Part shown: piece by piece, positions 57,784 to 64,000 of the stretch
Layout of the letters: each line of letters begins with the position of its first letter
Numbering within the stretch: the stretch's first letter is position 1
DNA from: an uncultured Ignavibacteria bacterium
GTDB lineage: Bacteria; Zixibacteria; MSB-5A5; SM23-73-2
Length of the DNA stretch: 64,000 bases
NCBI GenBank assembly: GCA_964447175.1
Contig: CAYURP010000001.1
Span: 78,208 to 142,207, forward strand
Reading direction: 5' to 3'
Made by a program: the position numbers and the translations under genes
Notes under the pieces: generated by a model
The model's database searches: none
What the model saw: only the letters and a program-made list of their open reading frames with translations
What the model was told of the DNA's origin: nothing

Positions 57784-58914
57784 ATGAGAAGGAATATTAA
57801 AATTTTCAGCATCCTGGGGATCGATATCTATATCCATTATTCCTGGTTCATAATTTTAGCTTTGGTTACCTATAGCCTGGCATTCTCATATTTTCCTGCT
57901 CAGCTCCCGGGTCAAACCAAATCCACCTATTGGTTAATGGGTGGAGTATCTGCCCTGCTTTTGTTTGCCTCTGTTTTGCTGCACGAGCTGGCTCATTCGG
58001 TAGTTGCCAGAGAGGGTAAGCTAAAAGTAGATAAAATCGTTCTTTTCCTGTTCGGGGGTGTTTCCCAAATAGCAGAGGAACCTAAATCAGCCAAAGAGGA
58101 ATTCAAAATGGCCTTTGCCGGTCCTCTGATAAGCTTTATTTTAGCTGGGATTTTCGGGATAATCTGGGTATTTATTATGTTGCCTCTCAGGCACCAGGTC
58201 TTAAGCTCCATATTCAGCTATCTGGCCATTATCAATCTGATCTTAGGTGTTTTTAATCTTCTGCCCGGCTTCCCCCTGGATGGGGGGAGGATCCTGAGAG
58301 CTTACTGGTGGAATAAAACTAAAGATCTTCACCGGGCAACTCTTCTGGCTACTAATGCGGGCAAAGGACTGTCCATATTAATGATTCTTCTGGGCGCCTT
58401 CCAGATCTTCGCTGGATATCTTATTGGTGGTGTCTGGCTGATTTTTATCGGATTTTTCCTGCGCCAGGCTGCTGAAGCCGGGTATCAAAGGGTAATGGTT
58501 CAAGATCTCCTTTCCGGAGTTAAAGTAAAAGAGCTGATGAGCCAGAACCCGGTCTGTGTTTCCCCGGAGATGAGCGTCTCCCAGGTGGTGGAGGAATACT
58601 TTATGAGGTACCGCTATACCAGTTTTCCTGTTTGTCAATCGGGTCAGGTTCTGGGAATCATCACCTTGCAATCTGTTAAGGAAATCCCCAGGGAGAATTG
58701 GAAGGATGAAACTATCAGAGACAGTTTCACGCCAGTTTCTCCTGAGCACATACTTCACCCTGAAGATGAAACAATTGAGGCTTTAAGAAAGATCATCACC
58801 AGCGACCTGGGAAGATTACCTGTGGTGGAAAATAACCGGATTGTGGGTATTCTGAGCAGAAAAGATGTAATGAACCTGTTGGTGATCAAAACGGATCTGG
58901 CATTCCGAAAGTAA
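57784..58914 (+). CDS. Site-2 protease family (M50) metalloprotease with a C-terminal CBS-pair domain.
   Basis: 'LLHELAHSVVA' (HExxH) and 'NLLPGFPLDGGRIL' (LDG motif). The C-terminal 130 aa carry the CBS pair. Confidence 0.85.
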   Translation: MRRNIKIFSILGIDIYIHYSWFIILALVTYSLAFSYFPAQLPGQTKSTYWLMGGVSALLLFASVLLHELAHSVVAREGKLKVDKIVLFLFGGVSQIAEEPKSAKEEFKMAFAGPLISFILAGIFGIIWVFIMLPLRHQVLSSIFSYLAIINLILGVFNLLPGFPLDGGRILRAYWWNKTKDLHRATLLATNAGKGLSILMILLGAFQIFAGYLIGGVWLIFIGFFLRQAAEAGYQRVMVQDLLSGVKVKELMSQNPVCVSPEMSVSQVVEEYFMRYRYTSFPVCQSGQVLGIITLQSVKEIPRENWKDETIRDSFTPVSPEHILHPEDETIEALRKIITSDLGRLPVVENNRIVGILSRKDVMNLLVIKTDLAFRK

Positions 58915-59002
58915 TCTATCTAATCTGAAAATGTCCCGTGGTGTCATATTCTCTCTTCAAAGGCCGAGAGTGTTCAAAAAATCAAAGGGAAAATAATCTT
59001 TA

Positions 59003-59662
59003 ATGATTAAGGTCCTTTTTAAAAATAGGGTGGATGCGGGTCAAAATCTTGCCCAGGCTTTGAAGGAGATGAAGCTGGATTTTAAAAAGCCGATTGTACT
59101 TGGAATTCCCCGGGGCGGGATTCCCGTAGGGTATGTTTTAGCCAAAACCTTAGGCTGTGAGCTGGATACTATTGTTTTAAGAAAAATTCCCATCCCCTCA
59201 GATCCAGAGGCAGGATATGGTGCGGTAACAATAGATCGAACGGTTATCCTCAACCAGGAGATGCTCCCTCATCTTCGCCTATCAAAGGAGGAGATGGATC
59301 AGGGAATTGAATCGGTTTATCAGGAGGTTAAAAGAAGAAATCAGCTATATCGAGAGGGAAGACCTTTCCCGGAACTTAAAGGAAGATCGGTTATCCTGAC
59401 CGATGATGGTTTAGCCACAGGTTACACCATGCTGGGGGCAATCAAGTTCTGCCGGAATAAAAAGCCAAAAGAGATCATCGTGGCAGTGCCAGTAGCCTCA
59501 GACAGTGCAGCGGAGTTGATTGAACCTGAAGCTGATCAGTTTATCGTTTTGCATATCAGCCACTCGTTTTATTTTGCAGTAGCCTCTTTTTACCAAAGAT
59601 TTGAAGATATGTTGGATGATGAAGTGGTCGAAATTTTGGAGAAAAGCAAAAAAAAGGATTAA
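59003..59662 (+). CDS. Phosphoribosyltransferase-domain protein.
   Basis: 'VLGIPRGGIPVGYVLAKTL' and 'VILTDDGLATGYTM', the PRPP-binding motif. Confidence 0.65.
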   Translation: MIKVLFKNRVDAGQNLAQALKEMKLDFKKPIVLGIPRGGIPVGYVLAKTLGCELDTIVLRKIPIPSDPEAGYGAVTIDRTVILNQEMLPHLRLSKEEMDQGIESVYQEVKRRNQLYREGRPFPELKGRSVILTDDGLATGYTMLGAIKFCRNKKPKEIIVAVPVASDSAAELIEPEADQFIVLHISHSFYFAVASFYQRFEDMLDDEVVEILEKSKKKD

Positions 59663-59676
59663 CAAGGAGGTAAAGG

Positions 59677-60285
59677 GTGAAAATCTTGGTTGTCTATTAC
59701 AGTATGTATGGTAATGTTTTTAAGCTGGCTCAGGCTGTAGCTTTGGGTACTAAAGAGGTAGAGGGAACTCATGTTAACCTGAAGACTGTGCCTGAGCTGG
59801 TTCCTCAGGAGATAATTGACAAATCTCCTGCTGTTAAAAAAGCAAAGGAGGAGCAGAAAGATATCCCCATTGCTACAATGGATGATCTGGCTGAAGCTGA
59901 TGGGGTGATATTTGGCTCCCCTACCAGATTTGGTAATATGTGCGCTCAGCTCAGACAGTTTCTGGATCAAACCGGAGGTTTGTGGCAAAAGGGTGCTCTG
60001 ATAGGAAAGCCTGCTGGTTTTTTCTGCAGCACCGGAACACTGCACGGGGGACAGGAGACTACCCTGGTCTCCATGATGCTGACTCCAATCCATCATGGAA
60101 TGCTCATTGTGGGACTTCCTCCTTCCGAAGAAAAGCTTTATGTGACCAAAGGCGGCGGTTCGTTCTATGGAGCCAGCTCGGTTTCAGGGGGGAAGGCGGA
60201 TAAACCACCTACTGAAGATGACCTTGATCTGGCTAAAGCCTTAGGTAAAAGGGTGGCAGAAATTGCCAGGAAGTTAAGGTCATAG
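59677..60285 (+). CDS. wrbA: NAD(P)H:quinone oxidoreductase, WrbA type (flavodoxin-like).
   Basis: 'MKILVVYYSMYGN' and 'GSPTRFGNM'. Length about 200 aa. Confidence 0.85.
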   Translation: MKILVVYYSMYGNVFKLAQAVALGTKEVEGTHVNLKTVPELVPQEIIDKSPAVKKAKEEQKDIPIATMDDLAEADGVIFGSPTRFGNMCAQLRQFLDQTGGLWQKGALIGKPAGFFCSTGTLHGGQETTLVSMMLTPIHHGMLIVGLPPSEEKLYVTKGGGSFYGASSVSGGKADKPPTEDDLDLAKALGKRVAEIARKLRS

Positions 60286-60286
60286 A

Positions 60287-61354
60287 ATGACAATGAGAAT
60301 AGACGGAAGTTACGGTGAGGGTGGAGGTCAGATCCTGCGCACTACACTCTCCTTAGCTTCTGTGCTGAAAAAAGAAGTCCAGATACAAGATATCAGAAAA
60401 GGGAGAAAAGTACCCGGACTTCAACCCCAGCATCTAACCTGCGTGGATGCCTGCAAGGAGATAACAGATGCCGAAGTAGAAGGGAATAAACTCCAGTCAC
60501 TGGCACTGAGATTTTCCCCGAAAACCATAAAAGGAGGAAAGTTTATTTTCGATGTAGCTAAGATAAAAGGGAGCGCAGGTTCGGTCTCTCTGGTACTGCA
60601 AAGCATTCTCCTCCCACTCCTTTTCGTTGAAAAACCCTCAGAAGTTGTAATTAAAGGCGGTACCCACGTTTCCTGGAGCCCTGCTTTTACCTATCTTCAA
60701 CAAGTATTTTTCCCCACAATCAGAAAAATGGGGTGTGAGGTTAATGGAAAAATAGCAAAATGGGGGTGGTATCCTAAAGGTGGAGGAGAGGTCACTTTTT
60801 TGATTAATCCTTTAGAAAAATTTCTGCCCTTAAATTTATTGGAAAGGGGAAAGTTGCTTAAACTTTCCGGAATCTCATCTGTTTCCAATCTCCCCATCTC
60901 AATAGCAAAGCGTCAGAGGGATCAGGCTTATAGGATCTTGAAAGAAAAAAAATTCTCTTCAGAAATTGAATTGGTGGATGCTCCCTCTTTGGGTAAGGGG
61001 ACTTTTTTCTTTATTCTGGCGGAGTTTGAAAATAGCCTGGCAGGTTTCAGTTCTCTGGGAGAAATCAAAAAAAGGGCAGAAACAGTGGCAGAGGAAGCAT
61101 GTGAGCAATTTTTTGAATTTATGGAATCAAATGCTGCCCTTGAAAAGCATTTAGCTGATCAGCTCATTCCCTATCTGTCACTTACAGGCGATAAATCCTC
61201 TTTTACTGTTTCATCTGTTTCCCAGCATCTTTTGACCAATATCTGGGTGGTGAAAAACTTCCTTCCCGTAAGAATAGAAGTAGAGGGAAAAGAAGGAGAA
61301 AAAGGTAAAATATTAATCGATTCATCTGAGATTAAGAATAAAATAAGAATTTAA
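60287..61354 (+). CDS. rtcA: RNA 3'-terminal phosphate cyclase.
   Basis: 'IDGSYGEGGGQILRTTLSLASVL' N-terminal motif and 'ADQLIPYL'. Length 355 aa. Confidence 0.9.
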   Translation: MTMRIDGSYGEGGGQILRTTLSLASVLKKEVQIQDIRKGRKVPGLQPQHLTCVDACKEITDAEVEGNKLQSLALRFSPKTIKGGKFIFDVAKIKGSAGSVSLVLQSILLPLLFVEKPSEVVIKGGTHVSWSPAFTYLQQVFFPTIRKMGCEVNGKIAKWGWYPKGGGEVTFLINPLEKFLPLNLLERGKLLKLSGISSVSNLPISIAKRQRDQAYRILKEKKFSSEIELVDAPSLGKGTFFFILAEFENSLAGFSSLGEIKKRAETVAEEACEQFFEFMESNAALEKHLADQLIPYLSLTGDKSSFTVSSVSQHLLTNIWVVKNFLPVRIEVEGKEGEKGKILIDSSEIKNKIRI

Positions 61355-61445
61355 AAAATTCCTTGATTTCGGTTTTATAATTGCTATTATTCAAAATGTG
61401 ATTTTTACAACTAAAAGCTATGAACTATTGACTATGGACCATCAT

Positions 61446-61518
61446 GGGGCAGTAGCTCAGCTGGGAGAGCATCTCGTTCGCAACGAGAAGGTCGGCGGTT
61501 CGAATCCGCTCTGCTCCA
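61446..61518 (+). tRNA. tRNA-Ala (anticodon CGC). CCA is not encoded.
   Basis: Manual fold. Acceptor GGGGCAG/CTGCTCC with the G3:U70 wobble typical of tRNA-Ala. Anticodon stem TCTCG/CGAGA with loop TTCGCAA. T-loop TTCGAAT. Confidence 0.85.
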
Positions 61519-61545
61519 GAAATTCGCTGAAGCGAATTTCTGGTT
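61519..61545 (+). terminator. Hairpin immediately after tRNA-Ala.
   Basis: 'gaaattcgctgaagcgaatttc' has a 9-bp stem, followed by 'tggtt'. Confidence 0.45.
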
Positions 61546-61581
61546 ATTGGTTATTGGTGGATAGTAGATGGTGTTAAAAAA

Positions 61582-61944
61582 ATGGGTTCAGAAGAAGTTT
61601 TTAGCTTTGAGAAGTTGAGAGTTTACCAAGGATCTTTGGATTTTTCAAAGGAAATGTACAAATTGACAAAAAAGTTCCCTAAAGATGAAATCTTCGGAGT
61701 AACTTCCCAGCTTAGAAGAGCTGCCACCTCTGTTCCGCTGAATATCGCAGAGGGAAGTAGTTTGACCAAAAAGGAGTTTAAAAGTTATTTAAGAAGGTCA
61801 AGAACATCACTTTATGAATGTGTGCCTCTCTTGAATATAGCTTTAGAGAATAGATATATCTCTGAAGTTCAGTTCAAAGCTATGTATCAGGATTCTATTA
61901 AGTTAGCAAAATCCATTAGCGCATTAATTGGTGCTGTGAAATAA
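61582..61944 (+). CDS. Four-helix-bundle protein (TIGR02436; formerly '23S rRNA intervening-sequence protein').
   Basis: 'FEKLRVYQGSLDFSKEMYKLTKKFPKDEIFGVTSQLRRAATSVPLNIAEG' is the family signature. Confidence 0.8.
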   Translation: MGSEEVFSFEKLRVYQGSLDFSKEMYKLTKKFPKDEIFGVTSQLRRAATSVPLNIAEGSSLTKKEFKSYLRRSRTSLYECVPLLNIALENRYISEVQFKAMYQDSIKLAKSISALIGAVK

Positions 61945-62000
61945 CTTTTACCAATAACTATGAACCATAAACCATTGACTAAAATTGCGAAGCAATTTTT

Positions 62001-62276
62001 TCTCTCGTGCTAGACGGGGAGCTAGCGGTGCCCTGTAGCCCGGAATCCGCTACACCGGGGTCGAATCCCCACTTGAGGTTTTCTGCTTTTTGAAAGGAGT
62101 TTTGAGCAAGTGATGATGAAGGTCAGGTCCTGCGCAACACAAGGTCGCCCAACCCCGTCAGGACCGGAAGGTAGCAGCGGTAAGCGATTCTTGGGTGTGC
62201 CGCGGGTTAGCCTGGCTGGAGTTAACTACCCAGAGCCCTTTAAAAAAAGAAAATCAAGGGTGGGTGCACGGGAGAT
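62001..62276 (+). ncRNA. ffs: Signal recognition particle RNA, large (Bacillus-type) form with an Alu domain. The ends are approximate.
   Basis: The 5' part 'GGGGAGCUAGCGGUGCCCUGUAGCCCGGAAUCCGCUACACCGGGGUCGAAUCCCCACUUGAGG' parallels the B. subtilis scRNA Alu domain. The S domain has 'GUCAGGACCGGAAGGUAGCAGCGGUAAG...GUGUGCCGCGGGUUAGCCUGGC' (helix 8 GGAA tetraloop region). The 3' part 'GGGUGCACGGG' pairs with the 5' end. It lies upstream of dnaX, as in Bacillus. Confidence 0.75.
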
Positions 62277-62334
62277 CTTAGTATACGGAAAACGGTATAC
62301 AGAAAACAGCCAAAAGCAAGAAAGGCTTTAAGAG

Positions 62335-63993
62335 ATGTCTTATCTGGTAATGGCAAGAAAATACAGGCCCTCCACCTTCGATGAAATTGTGGGCCAGGAT
62401 CATATCACCCAGACTCTGGTTAATGCCATCGGTTCCCAGAGATTGGCTCACTGCCTTCTTTTTGCCGGACCCCGGGGTACGGGAAAAACGACCACCGCCA
62501 GAATCCTGGCTAAAGTTCTGAATTGCGAAAAGGTTAAATCTGCGGTTCCCTGTAATAAATGCGATTCCTGCAAGGAGATCGATCTGGTAAGATCCATTGA
62601 CGTGTTTGAGATGGATGCTGCCTCCAAAAGCAAAGTGGATGACGTAAGGGAATTGATAATCGAGGGAGTCAAATACTCTCCGGTGAGGGGCAAGTATAAA
62701 ATCTATATCATAGACGAGGTTCAGATGCTTTCCGCCTCGGCCTTCGATGCTTTGCTCAAAACCATCGAGGAGCCTCCTAAAAACGTGGTCTTCGTTTTTG
62801 CTACTACTGAACCCCATGAGGTCCCAGCCACCATTTTATCCCGCTGCCAGAGATTTGATTTCAGGAGGATAGCTTTTGATGATCTGGTCAAATATATTAA
62901 AGACATAGCCAAAAAGGAGAAGATAAAGATCTCCGATGATGCGATCTATGTCTTAGCCCGGAAAGCTGACGGCTCTGCCAGGGACTGCCTTTCACTTCTG
63001 GATCAGGTGATCGCTTACGGGGGTAACGAGGTAAACAAGGAACTGGTGGAAAAGACCTTAGGCTTGGTGGATCAGGAAACACTCTTTAAGCTCTCAGATA
63101 TAATTCAAAAAAAGGACACAAAGGGTGGAATTGTTCTGCTTAATACCCTGGTGGATTCAGGAACCGATATTCCAGAATTCGTGTCCAGTTTTTTAGATCA
63201 CCTGAGAAACATCCTGGTAGCTAAAGTGGGCGGTGACTCAGAGAAGCTTTTCGACCTGTCCAAAGATTACATTAAAAGATACCAGGAAGAGGCAGAGAAA
63301 TTTACAGATACGGACATTCTGAGGATGATCAGCATCGTGGGCGAGCTTTCCAATTCCTTGCGAAAGACGTCTGAGCCCAAAGTTCATATGGAGGTAGCCC
63401 TGATGAAGCTGATAAAGATGGAATCCAGCATAAGCCTGGAGGATGTAATCCGGAAACTGGATAATCTTAAGAGTAAGGGCAATCCAAAAGGAAATCCATC
63501 TCCGGTGGAATATAAACCTGTAATTCCTGAAGAGCAGAAAAAGGAAAACAAACCGGAAAGCACCGCCATTCCCAAAGCTGAAAAAATGGATCTTGATTTT
63601 GAGAAGGTAAAACAGGGTTGGGAAAAAGTCTTGATGAAAGTCAAAGAGAAAAAGCTTTCCCTGTGGACCTGCTTGGTGGAAGGTGAGCCGGTGGATTTTG
63701 ACGGCAGATTTATCGGGATCGAGTTTCAAAATGGAAGGAAATTCCACAAATACCAGGTAGAAAAAAAGGAAAACAAACAGCTGATTGAGGAGATGCTCAA
63801 TGAAATCTACAATTTCCCTTTAAGGCTCAGATTCAGTCTGGATGAGAACAAGAATACCCCGTTCAAAAAGAGCAAAACCGATCCGGGGGGTAAAAAGAAG
63901 ATCGATATCGAGAAGATAAAACAAAGCGATCCAATAATTAAAAACATCCTGGATAATTTCCAGGGCGATATTCTGGACAGAGAGGAAATCTAA
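62335..63993 (+). CDS. dnaX: DNA polymerase III subunit gamma/tau.
   Basis: 'ARKYRPSTFDEIVGQ', Walker A 'GPRGTGKTT', the zinc module 'CNKCDSCKEI' and the SRC motif 'ILSRCQRFDF'. Confidence 0.95.
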   Translation: MSYLVMARKYRPSTFDEIVGQDHITQTLVNAIGSQRLAHCLLFAGPRGTGKTTTARILAKVLNCEKVKSAVPCNKCDSCKEIDLVRSIDVFEMDAASKSKVDDVRELIIEGVKYSPVRGKYKIYIIDEVQMLSASAFDALLKTIEEPPKNVVFVFATTEPHEVPATILSRCQRFDFRRIAFDDLVKYIKDIAKKEKIKISDDAIYVLARKADGSARDCLSLLDQVIAYGGNEVNKELVEKTLGLVDQETLFKLSDIIQKKDTKGGIVLLNTLVDSGTDIPEFVSSFLDHLRNILVAKVGGDSEKLFDLSKDYIKRYQEEAEKFTDTDILRMISIVGELSNSLRKTSEPKVHMEVALMKLIKMESSISLEDVIRKLDNLKSKGNPKGNPSPVEYKPVIPEEQKKENKPESTAIPKAEKMDLDFEKVKQGWEKVLMKVKEKKLSLWTCLVEGEPVDFDGRFIGIEFQNGRKFHKYQVEKKENKQLIEEMLNEIYNFPLRLRFSLDENKNTPFKKSKTDPGGKKKIDIEKIKQSDPIIKNILDNFQGDILDREEI

Positions 63994-64000
63994 AGGAGGA

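Noticed and set aside
62110-62331. A 73-aa ORF on the plus strand upstream of dnaX
   Set aside because: It overlaps the SRP RNA S domain (GGAAGG tetraloop region) entirely. Its coding appearance comes from the GC-rich structured RNA, so it was called ncRNA instead.

Overview
The window is about 45% GC and appears to come from a Gram-negative bacterium with a T9SS-type C-terminal sorting domain (FCB group or a candidate phylum), translated with code 11. Features are listed in order along the window.

- **1-1179:** a heavy-metal P-type ATPase 3' end, followed by a remnant of the KorB gene.
- **1330-2505:** a terminator, a remnant of the hsdM gene, and a DUF559 gene embedded in a G/C-hairpin repeat array.
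- **2697-4127:** a PilZ-PilT fusion gene.
- **4363-11490:** a cell-envelope glycosylation cluster (GT2, GT4, UPF0104, YfhO-like, Dpm1-like, GT2).
- **11495-19150:** accA, ptsN, then mreC-mreD-mrdA-rodA, lgt and comF.
- **19316-25274:** a decayed integrated element at tRNA-Ser(GGA). A 24-bp direct repeat of the tRNA 3' end lies 5.7 kb downstream. A tyrosine-integrase C-terminal remnant sits inside. The cargo is a PKD/GH17/CBM-like glycan module.
- **25448-29895:** a DUF4097 lipoprotein, P5C dehydrogenase, a mosaic hairpin-repeat cluster and an M19 dipeptidase.
- **30138-34338:** a TolC-MFP-MacB efflux pump.
- **34674-37369:** a T9SS cargo protein with triple LTXXQ repeats, and two lipoproteins.
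- **37529-40013:** a second MFP plus an FtsX-only permease.
- **40029-43845:** a 3.8-kb insertion flanked by about 50-bp direct repeats of the FtsX gene 3' end. It carries a 918-aa PHP-domain plus SbcC/ABC-type ATPase protein, a Ppl-like candidate defence gene, and a convergent DUF4242 gene.
- **43560-48062:** two paralogous secreted proteins with tail-fibre-like N-termini, embedded in BIME-like mosaic arrays of at least six structured repeat families.
- **48066-54225:** a beta-lactamase-family hydrolase, a threonine dehydratase-like enzyme, an ICMT-like methyltransferase, an NTF2-nitroreductase fusion, MarC and an Fe-S protein.
- **54347-57470:** an MtrA/MtrB-like decaheme porin-cytochrome pair, with a single in-frame TGA in the porin.
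- **57784-61354:** an M50-CBS protease, a PRTase, wrbA and rtcA.
- **61446-63993:** tRNA-Ala(CGC), a four-helix-bundle gene, a large Bacillus-type SRP RNA and dnaX.
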